A stretch of 64,000 bases of DNA from a bacterium (GTDB lineage: Bacteria; Patescibacteriota; Minisyncoccia; Phycocordibacterales; Phycocordibacteraceae). Positions 37,875 to 46,361 of this stretch are shown here, in pieces. A model generated the notes under the pieces. It saw only the letters and a list, made by a program, of their open reading frames with translations. It made no database searches and was not told the DNA's origin. The number at the start of each line of letters is the position of its first letter. The stretch's first letter is position 1. A program made the translations under genes and the position numbers. Location: assembly GCA_037200965.1 (NCBI GenBank), contig JBBCGK010000001.1, positions 832,001 to 896,000 of the forward strand. Reading direction: 5' to 3'.

Positions 37875-38333
37875 ATGCGCCTACGGGCATTGAAACCCGA
37901 GATTGTTCATATCGAAGGAAATGCCTTGGTTCCGGCCAAGGCCGTTTCTTATGTGCTCGATGCGAACGGGAAGATCGTCGAAACGGTTAAACCGAGAACC
38001 CATGCATTTGAGAACGAACTAAAGGCGAAAATGAGAAGTGAACTCAAAGGAATCTCTCTATTCCCTACGAAGAATAAAGTATTTGTATCGATTATATGCG
38101 GACTTAATTCCAGCCATGAATATGAGAATCTTGACTTGGACAACAGAGTGAAAACCATTCTGGATGCATTGAAAGAGGTAGTATATGAGGATGATAAGCA
38201 GGTTAAGGTCTTACTGGCCGACAAGATATTTTTAAAGCACAAGCCGGAGAGCTACTTTCAGTTCAGTATCAAAGTGTTGGACGAGAAGACCGAGCGATTG
38301 TTATACAGGCATCTGTCGAAGATAGGCAGGTAA
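37875..38333 (+). CDS. RusA-like Holliday junction resolvase family protein
   Basis: NLDLDNRVKTILDALKEVVYEDDKQV matches the RusA catalytic core DLDN..K...DAL......DD.QV. The gene and its flanks are AT-rich relative to the surroundings. Confidence 0.6.
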   Translation: MRLRALKPEIVHIEGNALVPAKAVSYVLDANGKIVETVKPRTHAFENELKAKMRSELKGISLFPTKNKVFVSIICGLNSSHEYENLDLDNRVKTILDALKEVVYEDDKQVKVLLADKIFLKHKPESYFQFSIKVLDEKTERLLYRHLSKIGR

Positions 38334-38639
38334 GACACAATATTCCGATTCGAGATACTTCTTGAGAAAAAGAACCTGAGTCGGAGACGACCATGCTCCA
38401 ATGTCGTCTTCCCAACTGCCACCTTCGCTTTCGCTGTTATGCAGGGTCAGCGAACGGATGCGTGCTAACTCGGGCCGTTTCTACCTGCGTGGGCAGTCCG
38501 CGCGTTCCGATGTCTTTCGCCAAGCATAGGAGTCTGCCATGGCGACTGGTTTCGCTTCCCACAGACGACCGCCCGGCGACATTTCCACCTGCTCTTAATT
38601 CCAAGGAGATTCGAAATGTCGCTATTTGTTTATAAGACG

Positions 38640-38664
38640 GGCGTCCATCGGATAGATGGACGCC
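38640..38664. terminator. Perfect 10-bp stem/5-nt loop hairpin downstream of the minus-strand gene 38692..39387
   Basis: GGCGTCCATC-GGATA-GATGGACGCC. Only modest U-richness nearby. Confidence 0.3.
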
Positions 38665-38691
38665 CTGATCAGTTTCGATACTCGTCGTAGA

Positions 38692-39387
38692 TCATGCGGT
38701 CAGATGCGCGATTTCTTCCTCAAGTTGGCGACGGCGCTCCTCGATTACTCCCTGTCGCTGTTCGAGTGGAAGGACGCCGCCTGCCATCGCCTCCCTCGTT
38801 CTCCCAACCAATTCCACAGCGTCCTCAAAACCGATGATGCGTTCGATGAGAGCCCGTTCTGGCGACGGGTTGGGGAGGAACACTTTCCACGAACCGCTCA
38901 TGCGCAGCCCGTCGAGGCCGGTAATCCATTCCGGTGTGCTGTCGGCACGGAAGAGGCGGAAGTACGCTGTGGGACGCGGCTGTACTACTCTGTCTGCCGC
39001 AAAAAGCGCGTCTTTCCACGGCACGCCATCGGCGTCGACCGGCCCCATTTGGAAGGGAAGTGCAGCCAGTGCTTCATTTAGCTGCTTCTGCATCTCGTCA
39101 AGAACCTGGCCGTTGCGCACGTGCTGAAAAGGAACTTGCTCCGGGAAAGTCCACGGAAACTCGGAAAGGTCGATGATCGGATAGCTTTCCTTATTCCCCT
39201 TCATCTCGCCATGATAGGTGCTGCCCGTCCACAGGCTTTCGCCGTCGCGCACCAAATCGGTCCGCACCGACGAGCTGCTGACAGACTCTAGCTTTGCGGA
39301 CAAGTGGATCGGGGCGAACGCAGGATCGCGAGTGCCGCGATTGATGAAGTGAAGGATCATTTCCTTCGAACTCGCTATGGTTGTCAT
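38692..39387 (-). CDS. Hypothetical protein
   Basis: 231-aa ORF with GC-rich host-like composition. No family recognised. Confidence 0.45.
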   Translation of the reverse strand: MTTIASSKEMILHFINRGTRDPAFAPIHLSAKLESVSSSSVRTDLVRDGESLWTGSTYHGEMKGNKESYPIIDLSEFPWTFPEQVPFQHVRNGQVLDEMQKQLNEALAALPFQMGPVDADGVPWKDALFAADRVVQPRPTAYFRLFRADSTPEWITGLDGLRMSGSWKVFLPNPSPERALIERIIGFEDAVELVGRTREAMAGGVLPLEQRQGVIEERRRQLEEEIAHLTA

Positions 39388-39533
39388 GGATTGTTCTCCC
39401 TAATGGGCTGCCACCGTGGCAGGGTCACCCGACGGAACTAAAACACAATCCATCCTCTTTTGCAATCCGCAGGAGAGATGAGCGCACGGTCGGCGAGAAT
39501 GCTATCCTAAGGGCATAGAAGTAACCGATACGT

Positions 39534-40232
39534 ATGCATACCGAAGACAATGACTTCCTTAAATACCTAACGCCGATCGCCGTCGTCCTCGCAGGCGGGC
39601 TGATCGCGCTTGCGGTCTTTTACAATGGAACCGGAGCGGGCACCACTACCAATGGCCAGCCGCAGGCGGCAGCCGTAAACATCAAAGACGTGAATATTGA
39701 AAACGAGCCGTTCATCGGCGACGCGAACGCGCCCGTCACCATCGCCGAGTGGTCCGACTACCAGTGCCCGTACTGCAAGCAGTTCGAGGAGCAGACACTG
39801 CTCCAGATCATCAAGGACTATGTCGACGCGGGGAAGGTCAAGGTCGTCTTCAAGGCGTATCCGTTCCTCGGTGCCGACTCCGATACCGCCGACATGTATG
39901 CCCGCTCGGTCTGGCACCTTTATCCGGCCCAGTACTTCGCCTGGAGGAACGCCATGTTCGCCGCGCAGGACGCGGAGGACGACCAGGGATTTGGCGACGC
40001 GGCATCGATCGACAAGATGAATGCGACCGTCGCGGGCCTTGATGCCGCAAAGATCGCCGCGGACGTGAAGGCTAACGCCCCGGCCTACCAGGCCGAGATC
40101 GACGCCAACAAGGCGGAGGCGGCGAAGCTCGGCATCTCGGGCACGCCTGCCTTTATCATCGGCAAGACCCTCCTTCCGGGCGCGTATCCGTACGCGAACT
40201 TCAGGCCGCTCATCGACGCGGAGCTGAAATAA
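39534..40232 (+). CDS. DsbA-like thiol:disulfide oxidoreductase (thioredoxin fold), membrane-anchored
   Basis: N-terminal TM. Active-site CPYC (WSDYQCPYCKQF). Confidence 0.7.
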   Translation: MHTEDNDFLKYLTPIAVVLAGGLIALAVFYNGTGAGTTTNGQPQAAAVNIKDVNIENEPFIGDANAPVTIAEWSDYQCPYCKQFEEQTLLQIIKDYVDAGKVKVVFKAYPFLGADSDTADMYARSVWHLYPAQYFAWRNAMFAAQDAEDDQGFGDAASIDKMNATVAGLDAAKIAADVKANAPAYQAEIDANKAEAAKLGISGTPAFIIGKTLLPGAYPYANFRPLIDAELK

Positions 40233-40375
40233 CGGAAAAGGGATCGACTTCCAACCTTTCACAAGTCGCCGCTTGCGAATTGCTGACACGAGTCAGGGTG
40301 TATCCCTCAAAACCCATGAAATTATTCGGAGAATAACCAGCAAAAAGAGCAGCAGCCTCGGCTGCCGCTCTTTTG

Positions 40376-40966
40376 CTATACCGTTTCTTCCGGAACCGCC
40401 TTAAGTTTCTTGAATCTCGCGTGGCCTATGAAGAAGGCGATTCCCGCGACGAGAAGCACGATAGGCCAGCGGAAAACTCCGAGCCAGCCGAAGGTGAAGA
40501 AGCCGAAGAGGTAGGCGATCGTGAACAGCACCACCGACCACAGCACGTCCGAAATGAAGACGATCGGCGCGAACCGCTTCCACGGCACCCCGAAGAATCC
40601 GCAGGCGAGGAATATCGGAAGCCGGAAACCCGGAAGGAAGCGGGCCGTAAGCACGGTCGTCAGGAGTTCGTCGTGGATCCAGTTCTTGAAAGGGGCAGCG
40701 CGCTCGTGCTCGACGAAGCTCTGGAGCCAGGGATGGGTCCTGGCATAGCTTCCGATGCCGTAGAAGAGGAAGTCCGTGACCGCGACACCAAAGATTACGG
40801 CGGGCACCGCGACGAGCGGGGAGATATAGCGGTCCGCGGCCATCACCCCCGCAAAGACGACCGATACGTCCTCGAGGAGCATGCTGCCGAGGGCGATAAA
40901 GAGGGGCAGGTACCCGCTGTGCGCCCCCGCCTCGAGCATGTGGTGGATAAGGAACGAGAGATGCAT
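40376..40966 (-). CDS. DedA/VTT family membrane protein
   Basis: Multi-TM with the conserved FLPGFR motif of the DedA family. Confidence 0.7.
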   Translation of the reverse strand: MHLSFLIHHMLEAGAHSGYLPLFIALGSMLLEDVSVVFAGVMAADRYISPLVAVPAVIFGVAVTDFLFYGIGSYARTHPWLQSFVEHERAAPFKNWIHDELLTTVLTARFLPGFRLPIFLACGFFGVPWKRFAPIVFISDVLWSVVLFTIAYLFGFFTFGWLGVFRWPIVLLVAGIAFFIGHARFKKLKAVPEETV

Positions 40967-41090
40967 TGTTTTTATATTACCTTGATATCACTGGTATATC
41001 ATTCTAACGTTCTTTACAAACACCTCATTCATACCTGTTTGAAATTTTCTAGTTTTAGTAGATTCTCTTTCCGTTGAACAGAACTAGTCC

Positions 41091-41117
41091 CTTATAAGCG
41101 TTTGCATTCCTTATAAG
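41091..41117. promoter_or_regulatory. Two copies of the palindrome CTTATAAG spaced 19 bp apart, overlapping a TTGCAT-17-TACACT promoter-like element upstream of the island operon
   Basis: cCTTATAAGcgtttgcattcCTTATAAGgagatagtacact, read directly. The ATG of the 77-aa ORF lies ~20 nt downstream. Confidence 0.3.
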
Positions 41118-41136
41118 GAGATAGTACACTTTAAAT

Positions 41137-41370
41137 ATGAACAAGGAAAAGATTAAAGGAGAGTCATCTAGGGATAGATTTAAGCGTTTAGCAACGCTTC
41201 GTACCAACGGAGTACTCAGTCGGCTTAAAATACTTGGAAATTGTTCCAATCGTCATGTCTATGAATACGACGAGGAAGATATAGATAAAATCTTTTTTGA
41301 AATTGAACGCAAACTTAAGGAAGTAAAGGCTAAGTTTCATTTTCCAAAGCAGCGTGATTTTAAATTATAG
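41137..41370 (+). CDS. Small basic hypothetical protein (77 aa) coupled to the downstream large gene
   Basis: AT-rich ORF. Its stop is 5 nt before the 41376 start. No recognisable HTH. Confidence 0.45.
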   Translation: MNKEKIKGESSRDRFKRLATLRTNGVLSRLKILGNCSNRHVYEYDEEDIDKIFFEIERKLKEVKAKFHFPKQRDFKL

Positions 41371-41375
41371 AAACT

Positions 41376-43889
41376 ATGTCGCGGCCTCTAAAAAATAGAG
41401 AAGTCTTTTCGAAACTACTCAGCGCAGTTTCTTCAGAAGAGATAGCGTCTTTAATCGAAAACGAAGTCTTTTTTAAACCAGAAAATTGCAGATGGATTCC
41501 TTATGGAAGACGTGAGCTGAATGCCCCACAGATCGAGGGACAAATGAAAAGCTCAAGTAATGCGTTGGTAGAAAAAATCACCAATTCAACAGATGCTCTC
41601 CTAATGAGGCGATGCTATGAAGTCGAAGGGGTGGCACCTAATAGCGAAGACAAACGATTACCCAAGACTCTTTCTGAAGCAATTACAAAATATTTTGGAA
41701 GCGAAGAAGAAATAAATAAAAATCGAAGCGCATGGGCAAGACAGCATCTCATGGTTTTGGCTGAGGGTGATAAAAAGAGGCCAACAATTACTGTTATTGA
41801 TCGAGGCGAAGGACAAACTCCCAATAGAATTCAGGATACAATCGTTGGCTTGAGCGAGAGCATAAAGGAGAAAATAAATTTTGTTTTTGGTAAATACCAT
41901 CAAGGAGGGTCAGCCGCTATACGTTTTGCAGGTAGCAAAGCTAAGTGCTACCAGCTTGTCCTGTCCCGGCGCGCGGAGAGTATTGCCGATAAAGGTAAAG
42001 AAAATCCGTGGGGATTTACGTTGGTAAGGAAAAGTTTTAAAAACAGAGTTCCTTATTACGAATACTGCACAGACAAGGATGAAAACACCTTTTCTTTCCC
42101 GTACGATAAACCAATAAAAATTGATGGTCTGGAACTGGACTTTATCGATGGGTCACTTATCCGTATGTACGATTACTACTTGGATAATCCATCAAATATC
42201 ACTTTCGGGTTTCATTCACTGGCCTTCGATTTTGATCAAAAGTTACAGAAACCGCCACTCCCTATCTTTCTGCAAGATAAGAGAGGATGGAAAGGAGACA
42301 CTAAATATACAATTGCAGGCTTACTAAGGCGAATTGAGGATAATAAAAATATTATCAGCGATGATATTACCCTTCCTGCAGGTTTAGGAGAGATCGGAAC
42401 TCGCAATATCCGCTGCATTCGCTTGAAGCATATAAGCGATGCGGAAGGAGTAAAATCCTATAAAGAATTAAATCAGAAAATATTCTACCTGGAAAACGGT
42501 TTGGCTTTGGGATATGAGACCGAATCTTTTGTGCGAACAGATTGTCAGCTTCCCGCTCTGGCCCCCTATCTCCTCTGTTATATCGATATGTCTGATATTC
42601 CAGTTGAGTTGGTAAATATCTTTCACTCTGGAAGAGAAGAATTGGCTCGAACCGAGGATTATCACATCTTAAAAGATCGCCTAAAAAAGTTCTTTGAGAA
42701 TGAAGTCTTTGAGAAGTGGGATAGAGAATACCAAGAAAAAAGCTTGATCAATTCCAATGAGGATAATAAGGAACTCGATAAGCTCATTGAGAAGGCCATC
42801 GTCGATGATCCGGAACTCAAGGAGTTACTGGGTATTGGTGAAGAAATCAAGATCCCGAAGGGGAAAGAGGAGAATAAGGAGAAGTACATTGGCGAGGAAC
42901 ATCCAAAAATGTTTGAGCTTGTAGGGAGTCAACCAAAAGAGGTTGATAAATCTTCTTACGCCCTTATATCTTTTAAGACCGAGGCAGAAGATAAACTCTT
43001 TACTAGAAAAAAGAGCCGCTATTATATTGATTGGTCCAAAGATTCAACCATCCTTGATGTGGTGGTTCGTAGTATGAATAAAGGTATTGTGTCTTTGCGC
43101 GTGGATTGCAGGGAACATGCCAGCGTTGGCGATCAGGATAAGATTACTTTCACTCTGCTGGATTCTGAAAAAGTAAAAAAGTTTGAACAAATCGTTACAT
43201 TTAACGTAATTGAAACACCGCCTTATGAAGGTTCATATTTCCCAACGTACTTTAAGCCATTGAAGAAAACGCTGAAGATTCCATCGAAAACAAACAAAAA
43301 GTTTAGTTTTGCTACAGACGTTGCAAATGATTATTTCTCCAGAGAGGATGATCCTGGATTGTTTGAATTTGAAGATCGTGATGATCTGCGTTTAAAAAAG
43401 TCCCGTTTAAATGATGGCGTTCTCGAAATTACCTTTTATGCCGCTACTGAAAAGTTGGGGAAACTACCGGATGCTAAAGTAGTAATTAGCGATACTTCAA
43501 ATCATACGTTTGATATCTCTATACCCATCGAGATCGTCTCTCCCGAGGAGAGTTCCAGGCTTAACGAACCAAAGAGAAATCCTGTATATGAAAGAGACTG
43601 GCCCACTCACGGCTGGGATGAACATAGTATTGCCAGTGTTGATTCGTCCAGGACACAAGGCTTAATAGTAAATTTGAACGTAGATTCTAAGCCCTTGAAG
43701 GATTTAAAGAAAATGGTTGGCCTTGATAAAGTCGGAAGCGCAGAGAATAAATATATTGCCGATATTTACATTTATTCCCTCTATCTTTATTTTGAACTAA
43801 AAAATGATCCTGACAAGGATCGGGTTCTAGGTTCTGCAATGAAGGCTATTGGGAAGGCCCTTCCCGGAATGATAAGAAAAATCATTTAA
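41376..43889 (+). CDS. Large (837 aa) protein with an N-terminal GHKL (MutL/MORC/HATPase_c-like) ATPase domain; C-terminal ~600 aa unassigned
   Basis: Bergerat-fold motifs: N-box LVEKITNSTDAL (E..NS.DA), G1 box ITVIDRGEGQTP (DxGxG), G2-like FGKYHQGGSAAI. The gene is AT-rich and convergent with a DNA MTase. Confidence 0.6.
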   Translation: MSRPLKNREVFSKLLSAVSSEEIASLIENEVFFKPENCRWIPYGRRELNAPQIEGQMKSSSNALVEKITNSTDALLMRRCYEVEGVAPNSEDKRLPKTLSEAITKYFGSEEEINKNRSAWARQHLMVLAEGDKKRPTITVIDRGEGQTPNRIQDTIVGLSESIKEKINFVFGKYHQGGSAAIRFAGSKAKCYQLVLSRRAESIADKGKENPWGFTLVRKSFKNRVPYYEYCTDKDENTFSFPYDKPIKIDGLELDFIDGSLIRMYDYYLDNPSNITFGFHSLAFDFDQKLQKPPLPIFLQDKRGWKGDTKYTIAGLLRRIEDNKNIISDDITLPAGLGEIGTRNIRCIRLKHISDAEGVKSYKELNQKIFYLENGLALGYETESFVRTDCQLPALAPYLLCYIDMSDIPVELVNIFHSGREELARTEDYHILKDRLKKFFENEVFEKWDREYQEKSLINSNEDNKELDKLIEKAIVDDPELKELLGIGEEIKIPKGKEENKEKYIGEEHPKMFELVGSQPKEVDKSSYALISFKTEAEDKLFTRKKSRYYIDWSKDSTILDVVVRSMNKGIVSLRVDCREHASVGDQDKITFTLLDSEKVKKFEQIVTFNVIETPPYEGSYFPTYFKPLKKTLKIPSKTNKKFSFATDVANDYFSREDDPGLFEFEDRDDLRLKKSRLNDGVLEITFYAATEKLGKLPDAKVVISDTSNHTFDISIPIEIVSPEESSRLNEPKRNPVYERDWPTHGWDEHSIASVDSSRTQGLIVNLNVDSKPLKDLKKMVGLDKVGSAENKYIADIYIYSLYLYFELKNDPDKDRVLGSAMKAIGKALPGMIRKII

Positions 43890-45202
43890 TTCTTCTCCAT
43901 TACGACTATATATTCAAATTCATACGCACGAGTTTTTGAAGGATTGTCCATTCCAGTAAACTTTCCGCTTTCAGTATCACGCCACGGAGTTATCATTTTA
44001 TTTGGTATTTCCCGCTTAATAAAGTCTACGTTCGTAAAACCAGCGGCCTGCATCTGTTCTGCCGCCACCTGTGCGTTCTGAATTTCTACACCCCGAAGAC
44101 TTGTGTTTCCAATAATTACGCAAGCCTTCCCGCCCTTCTTAAGAATTCGATGAGCCTCGGCGAAGACTTTTTTCATATCTAGGAAGTAATTAGCAACGTC
44201 GATAGCAAGCGGGCGTTCAACTAGCATGAGATCGTCGACAATTTTCGCCCCTATGATGCTATTAAAATTGCCGGCCTTTTTGGTCTTTGAACTCGTACCA
44301 ATAAAAGTTCTGCGAAAATCTATGAAACTATTACTGAAGTGATGCCATTTCTTGAAGTGTTTAGCATCGTCCCCGAACCACAGCAACGTAAGCTGATGAA
44401 GATCAGCATACTCATAGGAAGTCACATAAGGCGGAGAAGTCACTATCAAGTCGATAGATTCGGATTTAATTGGGAATGTTTTGGTCGAATCTCGACGATA
44501 CATTTTTGTCGGGATGCTGATGCGTTTTGCTTCAGCTAGGTTGTTGTAAAATAAATCATTCTTTCTAATCATTGAATCCAGATGTCGAAGAAAGGACTGT
44601 TTAGGGACCGGTATGATCTTGTCTTTGTCAACTGTCGGCTTGATACTTTTCATTAACCATCGAGAGCAGTTTTTCAGGTTATGTGAGAAAGCGCACAAGA
44701 AAAATCTACGAACGTGCGGACTCTTAATTTTCTTTATTGCAAAGTAAATTCTATCGAGCTCAATAACGGTTTCCGCATCGAACCAATAAGTAATTCGAGC
44801 ATGATGTGGGCGAGAGACGCTCGGAGCTGCATCATAGTATTCCAAGAATCTCTCTTTATGATTTGCAAGTGTACGCGGCTTAATCGCGGTGGTCTTTGTT
44901 TGAGTGATTAACTTCGCAACTGGATTTATATCAAAGCCGATACTCGGATGTCCTAGTAACTTTGCTTCCACCAAAGTCGTGCCACACCCACCGAATGGAT
45001 CACAAACGACTTGTGTAGTATGCGGCGCGTAATCTTCAATCAATTTACGAACAATTTGCGGAATAAACTTTGCCGGGTAACGATGATAGTCGTGGGAAAA
45101 GGCAGTAGTTTGTGAGCGACCAATATCTCGAAAAGACCACTCTTCACGCGGTTGCAGGCTTAAAAAAGTATTTCGGATGTTTTCGATATCAACAGTGGCC
45201 AT
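43886..45202 (-). CDS. N6-adenine/N4-cytosine DNA methyltransferase
   Basis: Motif X/I YPAKFIPQIVRKLIEDYAPHTTQVVCDPFGGCGTT and motif IV LIVTSPPY. AT-rich. Start taken at MATVDIEN; the longer ORF runs to 45277. Confidence 0.8.
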   Translation of the reverse strand: MATVDIENIRNTFLSLQPREEWSFRDIGRSQTTAFSHDYHRYPAKFIPQIVRKLIEDYAPHTTQVVCDPFGGCGTTLVEAKLLGHPSIGFDINPVAKLITQTKTTAIKPRTLANHKERFLEYYDAAPSVSRPHHARITYWFDAETVIELDRIYFAIKKIKSPHVRRFFLCAFSHNLKNCSRWLMKSIKPTVDKDKIIPVPKQSFLRHLDSMIRKNDLFYNNLAEAKRISIPTKMYRRDSTKTFPIKSESIDLIVTSPPYVTSYEYADLHQLTLLWFGDDAKHFKKWHHFSNSFIDFRRTFIGTSSKTKKAGNFNSIIGAKIVDDLMLVERPLAIDVANYFLDMKKVFAEAHRILKKGGKACVIIGNTSLRGVEIQNAQVAAEQMQAAGFTNVDFIKREIPNKMITPWRDTESGKFTGMDNPSKTRAYEFEYIVVMEKN

Positions 45203-45352
45203 ACTAAGAGGTAGTATAAGGGCAGGCCGGAGACGATTCAAGCACATGTCGTGTGTTCTTTGGCCCGGAGGAGCCACAGCAGATTCCGAAGTACATACAA
45301 GCGGTATCTTCGGTTTATTCGATAATTATCACCACGCGCGTATAATGGCTGC

Positions 45353-46354
45353 ATGGCTAAACGGAAAAAGGACTCAGAGATACATATGCCCGTCGATGTC
45401 GTCGTGTACCAGGCCAAAAGCGGAGCTATCGAGCTGCGCGGCGATTTCAGCAGGGAAACGGTCTGGGCGACGCAGGCACAGATTGCAGAGGTTTTCGGCG
45501 TTGAGCGATCCGTCGTGACCAAGCACATCCGGAATATTCTCAAGGACAAGGAACTTGAGGAACGTTCAGTACGTGCAAAACTTGCACATACTGCCGGGGA
45601 CGGCAAGACGTACCAAGTCGAGCATTATAACCTCGATGCCATCATTTCCGTTGGATATCGCGTGAACTCAAAGACAGCCACGGCGTTCCGCCAGTGGGCG
45701 ACGAAGACCCTGCGCTCGCATATCGTCGAGGGCTATACGATCAACCGCGCCCGCGTCGCGAAGAACTACGACGCGTTCATACGCGCGGTCGGTGAGATCA
45801 AGGCGCTTTTGCCCTCCCGTGCCGCGATCGGGGACGCAGGCGTCCTTGAGCTTGTCGCATTTTTCGCAGACACCTGGCTGTCGCTCGATGCGTACGATCG
45901 CGAGCGCTTCGTCCCGGTCCGCACGACCCGCAAGAAGGTCGCGCTTACCGCCGACATCCTCATGCGGAGCGTCTCGGTCCTTAAGTCGGAACTCATCGCG
46001 CGCGGCGAAGCGTCGGAACTCTTCGCCGCCGAGCGGGAGGTGAAGGCCCTTGAAGGGATCGTCGGCAACGTCTTGCAGTCGTTTGGCGGAAAAGAGCTCT
46101 ATCCGAGCGTCGAGGAGAAGGCGGCGCACCTTCTTTATTTCATCGTGAAAAACCATCCGTTCGCAGGCGGCAATAAACGCACGGGCGCATACGCGTTCGT
46201 CTGGTTCCTTGACCGTGCGAAGGTACTGGACCGGGAACGCATTACCCCGAGCGCACTCACCGCGCTCACGCTGCTCGTCGCGGAGAGCGATCCGAAGGAG
46301 AAAGAACGCATTACCGGCCTCGTGACGATGCTTCTCGGGCTCTCAAAGAAATGA
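45353..46354 (+). CDS. RhuM-family N-terminal domain fused to a Fic/Doc domain
   Basis: The N-terminal IELRGDFSRETVWATQAQIAEVFGVERSVVTKHIRNI...YNLDAIISVGYRVNSKTATAFRQWAT matches RhuM. The C-terminal HPFAGGNKRTGAYAF matches the Doc-type HxFx(D/N)(A/G)NKR motif. Confidence 0.75.
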   Translation: MAKRKKDSEIHMPVDVVVYQAKSGAIELRGDFSRETVWATQAQIAEVFGVERSVVTKHIRNILKDKELEERSVRAKLAHTAGDGKTYQVEHYNLDAIISVGYRVNSKTATAFRQWATKTLRSHIVEGYTINRARVAKNYDAFIRAVGEIKALLPSRAAIGDAGVLELVAFFADTWLSLDAYDRERFVPVRTTRKKVALTADILMRSVSVLKSELIARGEASELFAAEREVKALEGIVGNVLQSFGGKELYPSVEEKAAHLLYFIVKNHPFAGGNKRTGAYAFVWFLDRAKVLDRERITPSALTALTLLVAESDPKEKERITGLVTMLLGLSKK

Positions 46355-46361
46355 CGGGTAT

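Noticed and set aside
38393-38635. Small ORFs in the 38340..38690 gap after the RusA-like gene, as possible partner genes.
   Set aside because: They have no RBS and an odd composition (Cys/Arg-rich). The region more likely holds UTRs and a terminator hairpin.
40985-45199. Short direct repeat GATATCA(C/A)..TGG at both edges of the AT-rich island as possible att sites.
   Set aside because: The match is only ~10 bp, and the right copy lies inside the MTase coding sequence (codons for VDIE). It is probably coincidental.
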